Positions 43,074-53,524 of a stretch of 64,000 nucleotides of DNA are shown one piece after another. How positions within the stretch are numbered: the stretch's first letter is position 1; every line of letters starts with the position of its first letter. The notes under the pieces were generated by a model. It was not told where the DNA came from. It searched no databases and saw only the letters and a program-made list of their open reading frames with translations. A program made the translations under genes and the position numbers. Origin of the DNA: an uncultured Chloroflexia bacterium (lineage in GTDB: Bacteria > Chloroflexota > Anaerolineae > B4-G1 > SLSP01); NCBI GenBank assembly GCA_963751345.1, contig CAVVUS010000012.1, forward strand, positions 17,982 to 81,981, given 5' to 3'.

Positions 43074-43889
43074 TCACTCCCGTACCCCATTCTCCAACAC
43101 CATCCCTCCCACCCCCACGCGCACCGCATCTCCCACACTGAGCGTGAAATCATCCGGAGGGACGATGCCGGTGCCGGTCATCAGGAACACGCCCTGGGGG
43201 AAGGGTAACTCGCGGAAAAGATAGTCGACCAAGTCCTCGAACGCTCGCTTCATCTGCGTGGTGGACGTCTCGCCGTAGAAGGCCCGGACACCGCCGCGCA
43301 GGATCTCCAGCGTGATCGGCAAGTCGCGCAGCGTATCCGGCGACGCAAGCTGGACGCCGGGGCCCAGGGCGCAGGAGCCTGCGTAGACCTTGGCCTGGGG
43401 TAGGTACAGAGGGTTCGCGCCCTCGATGCTGCGCGAGGAGACGTCGTTCCCCGCGACGTAGCCGACGATCTCCTGGTGTGCGTTGATCACCAGCGTCAGC
43501 TCGGGCTCGGGCACGCTCCACGTGCTGTCGGGGCGCACGCGGATCGGGTCCTCGGGGCCCATCACGCGCCACCCAATGGCCTTCATAAAGAGCTCCGGAC
43601 GATCCGCGACGTAAACGCGGGCATAGATGTCCCCGGTCTCAGACTCTGCCTGGCGCGCATCCCGGCTGCGCAAATAGGTCACGCCGCTGGCCCACACCTC
43701 GTGCATCGGCTCCAGCGGCGGCAGAAGCGCGCCTTCCGCGGGCTCGCCGGTCGCCATAGAGGAAAGCACGCCCCTATACGTCGCCTCAGGCAGCTCCAGC
43801 AGGAGCCCCAGGTCAAAGGAAGGGGCAAGGAAAACGCCATCCACGGCCCAGCGGGGGCCGGCCACGCTCTGGTGTTGGGTAAGGTACAT
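43074..43889 (-). CDS. FAH-family 2-keto-3-deoxy-D-xylonate dehydratase
   Basis: EVWASGVTY..SR, RPELFMK, PEPEL, GNDVSSRSIEGANPLYLPQAKVY. Confidence 0.85.
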   Translation of the reverse strand: MYLTQHQSVAGPRWAVDGVFLAPSFDLGLLLELPEATYRGVLSSMATGEPAEGALLPPLEPMHEVWASGVTYLRSRDARQAESETGDIYARVYVADRPELFMKAIGWRVMGPEDPIRVRPDSTWSVPEPELTLVINAHQEIVGYVAGNDVSSRSIEGANPLYLPQAKVYAGSCALGPGVQLASPDTLRDLPITLEILRGGVRAFYGETSTTQMKRAFEDLVDYLFRELPFPQGVFLMTGTGIVPPDDFTLSVGDAVRVGVGGMVLENGVRE

Positions 43890-43944
43890 TGGAACCTCCA
43901 GTTGTCGGTTGTCTGTTCTCAGTCGGAGAGAGGGTAGGGCCCGC

Positions 43945-45915
43945 TCATCCGCCCATCATCGCCGCGATGGCGTCCGGATCGTACACACAGCCGCCCCACG
44001 TGCCACCGCTGGCCTGCTGCAGGATGGCCCACAGCCGCGTGTCGTCAGGCAGCCCCGGGTCCGGCGCCAGATCGGGATGTGCCGGCCGAGCCGCCAGAAC
44101 TCGCGCGCCCTCGTCGGTTCCGAACCGGCGACCCTCGCAGCCGGCCAGATCCACGGTACCCCTAAGGTTAACACAATCCACTTCGATGCGGATAAGATCG
44201 CCATCGCGGACCCGCCCCAGCGGACCACCCGCCAGGGCCTCAGGCCCCACGTGACCGATGCAGGCCCCCGTGCTGACGCCGCTGAACCGGGCGTCGGTGA
44301 CGAGCGCGACCTCTTTCCCCCACGACAGGTATTTCAGCGCCGCCGTGATCTGATAGGTCTCCTCCATGCCGCAGCCCAGGGGACCGCGCCCGATGAGGAC
44401 CATCACGTCGCCGGGCTTGACCGGGTGTTCTGCCTGGCCCTTCACCGCGGCAATGGCCGAGCGCTCGCTCGTGAACACGCGGGCAGGGCCCTCCATCCGG
44501 TAGACGCCCCCCGCATCCAGCATCGCGGGGTCGATCGCCGTGCTCTTGATCACCGCGCCCTCGGGGGCCAGATTGCCCTGGGGGAAGGTCAACGTGCTCG
44601 TTAGTCCGCGCGCCCGCGCGGCGTCCGGGCTCATGATCACGGTGTCGGGATCGATGCCGTCTTCGGTATAGAGACGCTCGCGAAGGCGCTTCCGCCGCTC
44701 GCTCGACGACCAGGCGTCGAGCATCTCACCGAGGGGGCGTCCGTGCGCGGTTAGCGCGTCGAGCCGGAGCAGTCCGAGACCGCGAAGATGGAGCATCACC
44801 TCGGGCACCCCTCCGGCGAGGAAGACCCGCACGGTCGGATGGCCGACGGGACCGTTGGGCAGCACGTCGACCAGGCGCGGCACAGCGCGATTGACCGCAT
44901 CCCAGTCCGCAACCGTGGGCCGCCGGAGTCCCGCAGCGTGGGCGATCGCCGGGAGGTGCAGGAGCAGGTTGGTGCTGCCGCCGAATGCCGCGTAGACGAC
45001 CATCGCGTTGTGGATGGCATCTTCCGTGACGATATCGGCCGCCGTGATCCCCGCAGAAGCCAGGCCGGCCAAGGCCCCGGCCGACCGCCGGGCAAGATCC
45101 AGCCAGATTTCCTGGCCTGAGGGCGCAAGTGCAGCGTGCGTGAGCGTCAGACCCAATGCCTCTCCCACCACCTGGCTCGTCGCCGCCGTCCCCAGGAACT
45201 GGCAGCCGCCACCCGGCGAACCGCAGGCACGGCACCCCAGGCGCGACGCCTCGTCCAGCGATATCTCACCCTGGGCGAAGCGCGCGCTCAGCGTCTGCAC
45301 CTTTCCCGCGTCCTCGCCCTCGGTCGGCGGCAGCGTCACGCCCCCTGGTACCAGGACACAGGGCAGGCTGCGCTGGGAGGCCAGCGCCATCATCAGCGCG
45401 GGCAGCCCCTTGTCGCACGTCGCAATGCCCAGGACGCCCCGCGCCGTGGGCAGCGAGCGGATCAAGCGGCGAAAGACGATCGCCGCATCATTGCGATAGG
45501 GCAGGCTGTCCATCATGCCGGGCGTTCCCTGCGTACGGCCATCGCACGGATCGCTCACGTATCCCGAGAAGGGCACCGTGCCCAGCGCTTTGAAGCGCCG
45601 GGCGGCGGCCTCCACCAGGAGGCCCAACTCCCAGTGTCCCGTGTGATAGCCCAGGGCGACCGGGGTGCCGTCCGGCGCCCTGAGCCCGCCCAGTGTCGAC
45701 AGGATCAGAAACTCCCCGCCCCGCAGCGCATCGGGCGCCCAGCCCATCCCGGCGTCCTCCGTCAGGCCGAACAGATCGCCACTGGAGACGTCTCTCAGGT
45801 AATCTGCGTCGAGCGGCAGGGCGCCTTCCGGACCCGGCGCGTGCGTCGTCACGGCGTACGCCCGGGGATCCTCTGACTCCAGGGACACGGCATCGGCCAC
45901 GCGTCTGCTTATCAT
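43945..45915 (-). CDS. yjhG: YjhG/YagF-family D-xylonate dehydratase (IlvD/Edd)
   Basis: [47 protein letters not shown]. Confidence 0.92.
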   Translation of the reverse strand: MISRRVADAVSLESEDPRAYAVTTHAPGPEGALPLDADYLRDVSSGDLFGLTEDAGMGWAPDALRGGEFLILSTLGGLRAPDGTPVALGYHTGHWELGLLVEAAARRFKALGTVPFSGYVSDPCDGRTQGTPGMMDSLPYRNDAAIVFRRLIRSLPTARGVLGIATCDKGLPALMMALASQRSLPCVLVPGGVTLPPTEGEDAGKVQTLSARFAQGEISLDEASRLGCRACGSPGGGCQFLGTAATSQVVGEALGLTLTHAALAPSGQEIWLDLARRSAGALAGLASAGITAADIVTEDAIHNAMVVYAAFGGSTNLLLHLPAIAHAAGLRRPTVADWDAVNRAVPRLVDVLPNGPVGHPTVRVFLAGGVPEVMLHLRGLGLLRLDALTAHGRPLGEMLDAWSSSERRKRLRERLYTEDGIDPDTVIMSPDAARARGLTSTLTFPQGNLAPEGAVIKSTAIDPAMLDAGGVYRMEGPARVFTSERSAIAAVKGQAEHPVKPGDVMVLIGRGPLGCGMEETYQITAALKYLSWGKEVALVTDARFSGVSTGACIGHVGPEALAGGPLGRVRDGDLIRIEVDCVNLRGTVDLAGCEGRRFGTDEGARVLAARPAHPDLAPDPGLPDDTRLWAILQQASGGTWGGCVYDPDAIAAMMGG

Positions 45916-46116
45916 AAACGCTCCTGTGATCGAGTGTGAGGTGCGAACGCACCCTACTATAGGTGGTTTGGGCTTGACTGCAACGACGGAGGAAATGGGG
46001 TCGCGCTGCCGCTTGTCATGCATCGATGAGGTACTACACTTGGGGCGTTTCGCTGGCACGGCGCGCGTATCACGACTAGCCTTGACACACTATCCCTGTA
46101 CAACCGGAGGAGATGG

Positions 46117-47349
46117 ATGAGCGACAACGACAACGGATCATTCGGACAACGTATTCGAGCGCTGCCACGTAATGTATGGGCGGTGAGCCTGACGAGCTTC
46201 TTCATGGACGTCTCCAGCGAGATGATCCTGAACATCCTCCCCCTCTTCCTATCCAATGTGCTCGGGATTAAGACCAATATCATCGGCCTGATCGAGGGCG
46301 TCGCCGAAGCGACGGCGAGCTTGCTCAAGGTCTTCTCCGGATGGCTGTCGGACAAGATGCAGGAGCGGAAGTGGGTGGCGGTCGTCGGCTACGGCCTCTC
46401 GGCCATCGCCAAACCTTTCTTCTATTTCGCCAATACGTGGGAGTACGTCGCCGGCGTGCGCTGGGCCGACCGTGTGGGCAAGGGCATCCGCACCTCGCCT
46501 CGAGATGCGCTCGTCGCCGACAGCATCGAGGAGAAGCAGCGCGGCATTGCCTTCGGCTTTCACCGGGCCGCCGACACCGGCGGCGCCTTCCTTGGCCTTC
46601 TGATTGCCTTATTGGTCGTCTGGCTGGCCCAGAAGAACGGGCTGACCCTGAACCGTGGGACGTTCCAGACGTTGGTGCTCATCAGCATCATCCCGGGCCT
46701 GCTTGCCGTGGCGTCGCTGGCCTTCGGCGCCCGTGATGTCGCCGTGACCTCAACGCGCGAACGGCCCCGCATCTCCTTCAAGGATCTGGGCCGTCCGTTC
46801 CTCACCTTTATGGTCATCGTCGGCATCTTCGACCTCGGGAACTCATCTGACGCGTTCCTCGTGCTGCGCGCTCAGAACGTGGGCCTAAGCGTGGTGGGTA
46901 TCCTCGCGATGCTGGTCACGTTCAACGCCATCTACACGCTCGTCAGCGCACCGGCCGGCGACCTGTCGGATCGCGTCGGACGTCGTCGCGTGATCATCGG
47001 CGGGTGGCTCGTCTACGCCCTGATCTACCTGGGGTTTGCCCTGGCCGGTCGGGGGTGGCAGGTGTGGGTACTCTATGCGATGTACGGCGTCTACTACGGG
47101 CTGGCCTACGGCACAGCGAAGGCGATGGTCGCCGACATTGTTCCCGAGAACTTGCGAGGGACAGCTTACGGCACCTACAACGCTGTTCTGGGGCTCCTGG
47201 ACTTCCCGGCGTCGGTCATCGCCGGTGTGCTCTGGCAGGGCTTCGGCAAGTGGCAGGGCTTCGGCGCCCCGGCGCCCTTCTACTTTGGCGGCGGGATGGC
47301 GCTCATCGCGGCGATAGCGATGGCGCTCTACCATCCCAAGAAGATATAG
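46117..47349 (+). CDS. MFS transporter
   Basis: About 12 TM; SFFMDVSSEM, DRVGKGIRTSPRDAL, DRVGRR. Confidence 0.92.
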   Translation: MSDNDNGSFGQRIRALPRNVWAVSLTSFFMDVSSEMILNILPLFLSNVLGIKTNIIGLIEGVAEATASLLKVFSGWLSDKMQERKWVAVVGYGLSAIAKPFFYFANTWEYVAGVRWADRVGKGIRTSPRDALVADSIEEKQRGIAFGFHRAADTGGAFLGLLIALLVVWLAQKNGLTLNRGTFQTLVLISIIPGLLAVASLAFGARDVAVTSTRERPRISFKDLGRPFLTFMVIVGIFDLGNSSDAFLVLRAQNVGLSVVGILAMLVTFNAIYTLVSAPAGDLSDRVGRRRVIIGGWLVYALIYLGFALAGRGWQVWVLYAMYGVYYGLAYGTAKAMVADIVPENLRGTAYGTYNAVLGLLDFPASVIAGVLWQGFGKWQGFGAPAPFYFGGGMALIAAIAMALYHPKKI

Positions 47350-47355
47350 GGATTG

Positions 47356-47392
47356 GGGCTTGGGAAGGGGACTACGTCCCCTTCCCAAGCCC
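47356..47392. terminator. 17-bp perfect hairpin between convergent genes
   Basis: GGGCTTGGGAAGGGGAC-tac-GTCCCCTTCCCAAGCCC. Confidence 0.65.
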
Positions 47393-47397
47393 TGTTG

Positions 47398-48459
47398 CTA
47401 TCGCGACCAGCGCTCGTGCACGGACGGCAACTCCGGGAAAGCAGCGTGCGGCTCCGCCTGGTACCAATAGCCGACCGAGGCGATATCGTCGGTCAAGGGC
47501 TCGAACTTGTGATTGGGCCACCACCCCAGCGCCTGAATGGTGACCTTCAGGTCCTGCTTGAACCGGATGGGATCCATCACGTGCCAGCGGTAGAGACCGT
47601 GCATCGGCACCTCACCGGGCTCCTTGCGGTAGAGCGGATAGCCGAGGAAAGGCGTGGAGTAGGTCCGCCCCCCAAACCCCCAGGCCCCGCAGAAGTAGTC
47701 CTCGGTCCCGGTGCCGCAGATGGTGGGGAACGCGTCGTCGCCATCCATATAGAACTTGATCTCGCCCTCGCCCCACCAGCCGTCTGAAAGCTGGGTCCAG
47801 GCGAGGAAGGTCCCGACGTAGTGTCCCTTCCCCCTGATACCGTCCAGGATCACGTGTTCGGGATACTCGCGCGTGGTCATGCTGCGGCGCCATTGCGCGT
47901 GGAAGGTCGCGGCTTTCTCGGGCACCTCGGTGAGCGCGTACGTGATCTGGTAGAAGAACCCGCCGATGGCCTCGCGATGCTGGTTCTCAATCGTGATCCG
48001 CGCACCCTTGTGGAAGGGCATCGGCCAGTAGCTGTTGAACCCACCCTCGGGGTTCACCGCCATCGGCAGCGAATTGACATCATAGCGGAGGCCGTGACCG
48101 TTGCAGAAGAAATCGCCCAGCGGCACCTCGATGGAGGGGGTCTCCTCACCGTCCCAATAGAAACGCAGGATCGTGTCCCGGTACGCCCTGGGATCCACCG
48201 TGATCCAGATGTGCTGGATGACGCCCGGGCCCTGGATGTCGGCCAGGCACGTCGTGGACGCAGGCTCCAGCGTGATACAGGGCCGCACCTTCCAGCCCTG
48301 GCCCAACATCGAGGCAGCGTTGTGCTCATCCGGGATGGCTTTCGCACCGTTACCTCGCGCACCCGTGGGGTTCTCCGCGGAAATCGAACGGGTTTCGGCA
48401 TCGGAAAGCAAGGGCAGGCTGCCCAGACCGAAGTTCAGTTGTCCAATCGTGCTCATCAA
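47398..48459 (-). CDS. DUF2961 / GH172-family glycoside hydrolase
   Basis: SAENPTG, GPGVIQHIW, PLGDFF, WPMPF, WWGEGE, GTGTEDYF. Confidence 0.9.
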   Translation of the reverse strand: MMSTIGQLNFGLGSLPLLSDAETRSISAENPTGARGNGAKAIPDEHNAASMLGQGWKVRPCITLEPASTTCLADIQGPGVIQHIWITVDPRAYRDTILRFYWDGEETPSIEVPLGDFFCNGHGLRYDVNSLPMAVNPEGGFNSYWPMPFHKGARITIENQHREAIGGFFYQITYALTEVPEKAATFHAQWRRSMTTREYPEHVILDGIRGKGHYVGTFLAWTQLSDGWWGEGEIKFYMDGDDAFPTICGTGTEDYFCGAWGFGGRTYSTPFLGYPLYRKEPGEVPMHGLYRWHVMDPIRFKQDLKVTIQALGWWPNHKFEPLTDDIASVGYWYQAEPHAAFPELPSVHERWSR

Positions 48460-48594
48460 TGACCCTCCTGTGAATCCATCTATAGTCGGCGCCTGAAAGC
48501 GGGACGGAGGCTCCGCCTCGCTATTCCTATGATAGTATGGTGGATAGAGAGCACAAGACGCCGAAACTCAAACCCAAACCAACCTCTTTTTTCA

Positions 48595-48623
48595 TTGACA
48601 CCACCGCCTTTCCGTGTTAGGAT
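48595..48623 (+). promoter_or_regulatory. Sigma70 promoter of the riboswitch-ABC operon
   Basis: TTGACA-17 bp-TAGGAT with extended TG. Confidence 0.75.
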
Positions 48624-48653
48624 GGTCGTCGTACGAACAAGCGAATATGCAGT

Positions 48654-48837
48654 CAGCGCCTAATGCGTACGCCTGTGACCCTTGGTCACAGGCGCCGCAA
48701 CGGGGGAACCAGTTTAGGGGCGAATCGCAATCCTACAGCTTGAGCTGTAGGCGAGACCTGTAGCCTGTGCTACAGGCAGCGTAGGGCGAGCTTCTTCCGT
48801 CCGAGCCCGACAGCTAACCTCGTAGGCGTGGAAGAGG
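48654..48837 (+). ncRNA. Cyclic di-AMP (ydaO/yuaA) riboswitch with enlarged variable stems
   Basis: Ordered consensus blocks CGCCTAAT..ACGGGGGAACCA..GGGGCGAATC..GTAGGGC..CCGAGCCCGACAGCTAACCTCGTAGGCG; CGCCT/AGGCG pairing; CTTCTTCC/GGAAGAG pseudoknot. Confidence 0.92.
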
Positions 48838-48878
48838 GTTACCGAGTGTATAACCACAAGGTGCCCTCGTTTTTTTTG
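48834..48878 (+). terminator. Riboswitch expression-platform terminator
   Basis: GAGGG...CCCTC stem followed by GTTTTTTTTG, overlapping the 3' pseudoknot strand. Confidence 0.7.
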
Positions 48879-48935
48879 TTGGGGCGCCTCGTTGGATCGA
48901 TGAGTCCAGAGCTCAAGAGCCATAGGAGGCGAGAC

Positions 48936-51241
48936 GTGGTAGCCAGGACAAAAAAGAAGCGTCCGGAGGACCCGCTTTCACACGGCTTTGTGGTCACCCA
49001 GGAGCTCGAAGATCGCCGAATCCAGACAGCGGAGCTTCCTGTCTCAGTGGTCAACGAGTTGCAGTCCAACGGACATCGTATCGATGATATTCGGCTCGCC
49101 GTAAAGTCGGATCTGGGCCCGGATGGGCAGTTCGGCGAGCAGTGGTTGTTGCTGGACCAGAAGGATCTACTGGTCCTGGACCGCCCGAACGGGCGGGCCT
49201 ATCAGCGCTATCAGTTTGCCCTCGACGATATTGAGGATGCGAAGATCGAGCGGTGTGTCGGTAACGGCCTCCTGCAGGTGACCGTTGCACAGGAACCGCA
49301 GGTCTTGCTGCACTACTCCAACGACCTAACCGATCGCTTCGGTCGTGTCGCCCACTACCTGCAGGAGCGCGCCAAGCAGGGACCCGACACCCCCGTCCCG
49401 GATGCACAGCTCGATAGTCACGTCTGCGTCAACTGCGGACGCTATCTGGCCGATCCCTCCTCGAAGGTCTGCCCCAACTGCATCGAGCGCGGCAAGATCT
49501 TTCGACGCCTGGCCATGGAGGCGAAGCCCTATTGGGGCAAGGTGATCATCATCACCGTGCTCCTGGTCGCGGGCGCCATGGTGAACCTGGTGCCGCCACG
49601 GCTGACCGGTATCCTGATCGATCAGGTGCTCAAGGCCGGCGGACGTGCGGAGTTGCTGTTGTGGCTGGTGCTGGCGCTTCTGGCGGTGCGTGTCTCGAAC
49701 GTGGCGATCACCATCGCCAAGAACTGGCTCACCATCAACGTCAGCGGCCAGTTCACCGCAGGACTGCGCGAGAAGCTCTTCACTCACCTGAAGAAGCTCC
49801 CGGTCGACTACTTCGACAAGAACCAGACCGGGCGCGTCATGACCCGCGTCAACCAGGACACGAGCGAGCTGCAGGACCTGTTCAACCAGCTCACGAACTT
49901 CGCGCTCAACCTGTTGATGGTCCTGGGCATCGGCATCGTCCTCTTCGTGATGGCGCCCTCGCTGGGGCTCTACGTGCTCATCCCGACGCCGTTCGTGATG
50001 ATCGCGGCCTACTACTACTATCGCGACATGCGACCTCACTTCCGGCGCTTCTGGATCGCACGCTGGCGTCTCAACGCGATGCTCAACACCTTCCTCTCCG
50101 GCGTACGGGTCGTCAAGGCCTTCGCCCAGGAGGACCAGGAGGCAGCCCGCTACCATCAGCGCAACTATCAGATGCTGGGCAGCCAGCTCCAGGTCAACCT
50201 GGCGTGGGGCAAGTTCTTCCCGCTCATCTCGTTCGCCTTCAGCGCCGGCGGCCTGATCATCTGGTGGACCGGTGGCCAGGCAGTGCTGGCCAACCGCATC
50301 ACGGTCGGCACGCTTATGGCCTTCATCGGCTACCTGGGCATGTTCTATGGCCCGCTCTCGGCCCTCACCCAGGTCAGCCAGGCGATGAACCAGTTTCGTC
50401 ACGATCGCCCAGCGGACCTTCGAGCTCCTCGACGAGACACAGCAGGCGGAGCCCGAACGCCCGCTCGTCCAAGCCCAACATCTCAGGCAGCATCGCCTTC
50501 GACCACGTCACCTTTGGCTATGACCCCTACTTCCCGGTCATCAGCGACGTCAGCTTCGAGGTGCAGCCGGGTGAGATGATCGGCGTGGTCGGCCACAGCG
50601 GAGCCGGGAAGACCACCTTGGTCAACCTGCTCTGCCGCTTCTACGATGTCACCAACGGCGCCATCCGCATCGACGGGGAGGACGTCCGCGATCTGTCGAT
50701 GGACGAGATTCGCCAGCAGGTCGGGATGGTGCTCCAGTCGCCCTACCTCTTCCGCGGCACGCTGGCGGAGAACATCGCCTACGGCAAGCCCGACGCCACC
50801 TACGCCGAGATCGTGCGCGCGTCCAAGGCAGCCAATGCTCACGATTTCATCACGGCCATGCCCGAGAGCTACGACACCATCGTCGGCGAGGGCGGCAGCG
50901 GCCTCTCCGGCGGCGAGCGCCAGCGCATTTCCATCGCCCGCGCCATCCTGCACAATCCCCGGATCCTGATCCTGGATGAGGCGACGTCCTCGGTGGACAC
51001 CGAGACCGAGCGCCAGATCGAGGAGGCCCTGGACGAGTTGGTCAAGGGACGCACGACCATTGCCATCGCCCACCGGCTGTCGACCCTCTACAACGCGGAC
51101 CGCATCATCGTCCTCAACCAGGGCAAGCTCGAGGAACAGGGCACGCCACAACAGTTGATGGACCATCACGGTGCGTTCTACAACCTGGTCCAGATGCAAT
51201 CGCAGATGGCCCGCATCGACGGCAGTACGGCGACCTTGTAG
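48936..51241 (+). CDS. ABC exporter with N-terminal extension and CxxC..CxxC zinc ribbon; frameshifts near 50395-50470
   Basis: GGAGG RBS + GTG; CVNC..CPNC; TMD; GHSGAGKTT, LSGGERQR, LDEATSSVD. Confidence 0.9.
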
Positions 51242-51252
51242 GGAGGTGACAT

Positions 51253-51777
51253 ATGGCGAAAGCATTTGAAGTTGTCTATCTCGAGCCGGACAAGCTCCGG
51301 TTCGTCCGCCGCGGCGACACGTTGGGCCTGACCGTCTCTGAAGACGGCGTCAACGTGCACTATCCGCGCGTGATCCTGCGCTCCTGTTTTCCGGTCTCGG
51401 ACGGTGCTGTCTTCCTCTCGGTGCGCGATGCCAATGCGGAGAAGCAGCCGGAGATCGGCATCATCGAGGACTGGACCCAGCTACGCCCGGAGGACCGCGA
51501 GGCCGTCTCCGCCGAGCTGAGTCTCTACTACCTGGTGCCCAAGATCAGCCGGATCGACGCGATCAAAGAGGAACTCGGTTTCCTCTACTGGACCGTCGAG
51601 ACGGATAAGGGGCCGCAGGAATTCGTCATGCGCAACAACATCACGCATAACACGCGTGAGGTCTCGCCCAGCCACTGGCTGATCATCGACGTCAACGAGG
51701 CGCGCCACGAGATTCCCGACGTCACAAAGCTGGACGCGCGCAGCCAAAAACTGCTGGGCCGGTACCTATCGATGTAA
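51253..51777 (+). CDS. DUF1854 domain protein
   Basis: RSCFPVSD..LSVRD..EIGII..L..YYLVPKISRI..WTVETDKG..IIDV. Confidence 0.85.
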   Translation: MAKAFEVVYLEPDKLRFVRRGDTLGLTVSEDGVNVHYPRVILRSCFPVSDGAVFLSVRDANAEKQPEIGIIEDWTQLRPEDREAVSAELSLYYLVPKISRIDAIKEELGFLYWTVETDKGPQEFVMRNNITHNTREVSPSHWLIIDVNEARHEIPDVTKLDARSQKLLGRYLSM

Positions 51778-51970
51778 GCATGTGAGGTCCCCAGCTACTT
51801 GATGCCGGGGACACCTGATCAGGTATCGAGGAGATGGTTGCATGGGGGCGGCCCTCTCTTTGATAAGTGCAAGCTGGCGCAGCCAGCGCGTGCGGTTCGT
51901 CTTCTTCCTCTTGTTGGCGGGGAGCTCACGCGTGGGCTCCCCGCCGGCGCGTCTGAGGCAGCCTCGTCCT

Positions 51971-51998
51971 TTGACACGCCCCTACATCCCCCTAGAAT
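51971..51998 (+). promoter_or_regulatory. Sigma70 promoter
   Basis: TTGACA-16 bp-TAGAAT upstream of the dehydratase. Confidence 0.6.
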
Positions 51999-52063
51999 GA
52001 ATTGCGGCCGAATCTGATTGGCCGATACACGCTCAACGCTCAGCTCATAAGGAGAGATAGCCC

Positions 52064-53269
52064 ATGGCAAAACCCGTGACGATCACAGACGTCAAGATCA
52101 TCCTGACGCAGCCGGCGGGGTCGCGGCTGGTCATCGTGAAGGTTCTCACGTCGGAACCCGGCCTCTATGGCCTCGGATGCGCGACGTTCACCCAGCGCTT
52201 CCACGCCGTGGTCGCGGCGCTCGAGAAACACCTCATGCCCTTCGCCATCGGGCGTGACGTCGCGCGCATCGAGGAGTTCTGGCAGATGGCGATGGTCCAC
52301 AGCTACTGGCGCAATGGTCCGGTCCTCAACAACGCCATCTCCGGCATCGACCAGGCGCTCTGGGACATCAAGGGCAAGCTGGCGAACATGCCCGTCTACG
52401 ACCTGCTGGGCGGCAAGTGCCGCGAGGCCGCGGCGGTCTATACCCACGCCGACGGGCGCACCCCTGAAGAGGTCGTCGACAACGTTCGCGCCTTCATGGA
52501 ACAGGGCTACCGCTACATCCGCGTCCAGATGGGCGGCTACGGCGGCAGGGCCCAGTCCCTGGCCAAGCCCGAGGGCGCCCCGGACGGCGCCTACTACGAC
52601 CCGCGCGAGTACACCCGCCGCATGCTCAAGATGATCGAGCACGTGCGCAGCGAGGTCGGCGAGGAGGTCGAGCTGCTCCACGACATCCACGAGCGCCTGC
52701 AGCCCATCGACGCCGTGCGCTTCGCCAAGGACGTCGAGCCCTTCAACCTCTTCTTCCTTGAGGACGCCCTGGCGCCCGAGGACATCGGCTGGTTCCGCGA
52801 CATGCGCCAGCAGTGCGCCACGCGTCTCGCGATGGGCGAGCTCTTCAACAGCCCGCACGAGTGGAAGACCGTGGTCGAGGAGCACCTCATCGACTACATC
52901 CGCATGCACGTCAGCCAGATGGGCGGCATCACGCCCGCCCGGGCCGTCGCGCTCTTCGCCAACATCTACGGCGTCCATACCGCGTGGCACGGCCCCGGCG
53001 ACACCTCGCCCGTCGGCCACGCCGCCAACCTGCACCTCGACGTCTGGGCGCCGAACTTCGGCATCCAGGAATGGTGCCGCTTCCCGGAGCACGTCTACGA
53101 GATGTTCCCCGGCCTGCCCGAGGTCCGCAACGGTTACATGTATCCCAACGACAAGCCCGGCCTCGGCATCGACATCGACGAGGACCTGGCCGCGAAGTAC
53201 CCCGTCCAGGACACCATCGAGCGCTGGACCCAGACGCGCTGGCCCGACGGCAGCCCCGCCCGCCCGTAG
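52064..53269 (+). CDS. rspA: Enolase-superfamily sugar-acid dehydratase (RspA/ManD-like)
   Basis: GCATFTQR, YWRNGPV, DQALWDIKGK, LLHDIHERL, FFLED, AWHGPGD. Confidence 0.85.
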   Translation: MAKPVTITDVKIILTQPAGSRLVIVKVLTSEPGLYGLGCATFTQRFHAVVAALEKHLMPFAIGRDVARIEEFWQMAMVHSYWRNGPVLNNAISGIDQALWDIKGKLANMPVYDLLGGKCREAAAVYTHADGRTPEEVVDNVRAFMEQGYRYIRVQMGGYGGRAQSLAKPEGAPDGAYYDPREYTRRMLKMIEHVRSEVGEEVELLHDIHERLQPIDAVRFAKDVEPFNLFFLEDALAPEDIGWFRDMRQQCATRLAMGELFNSPHEWKTVVEEHLIDYIRMHVSQMGGITPARAVALFANIYGVHTAWHGPGDTSPVGHAANLHLDVWAPNFGIQEWCRFPEHVYEMFPGLPEVRNGYMYPNDKPGLGIDIDEDLAAKYPVQDTIERWTQTRWPDGSPARP

Positions 53270-53279
53270 CTCATAGACC

Positions 53280-53312
53280 AGTGCCGGGGACTTTCCAGCA
53301 GTCCCTGGCACT
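53280..53312. repeat. REP-like palindrome, copy 1
   Basis: AGTGCCGGGGACTTTCCAGCAGTCCCTGGCACT. Confidence 0.75.
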
Positions 53313-53524
53313 TAGGGCAAGTCACTCTCGGCCGCCGACGCCTGCCTCAGTCCATTGGATGCCAGGCATCATTTCTCAGATGGCTCCCCCGTGACTTTCA
53401 TCCTCCATAGCAGTTGACATTCATCCCCTTGTGGTCATAATAGGCCCCTGGGGGTTAGCGCTCCAACATCACTGCAACGAGGAACTTTGGCTCACTACCA
53501 CGATTTTGTCCCTGGAGGAGGAGA

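Noticed and set aside
48828-48935. N-terminal extension of the ABC ORF from 48828
   Set aside because: Overlaps the riboswitch and terminator; the RBS supports GTG at 48936
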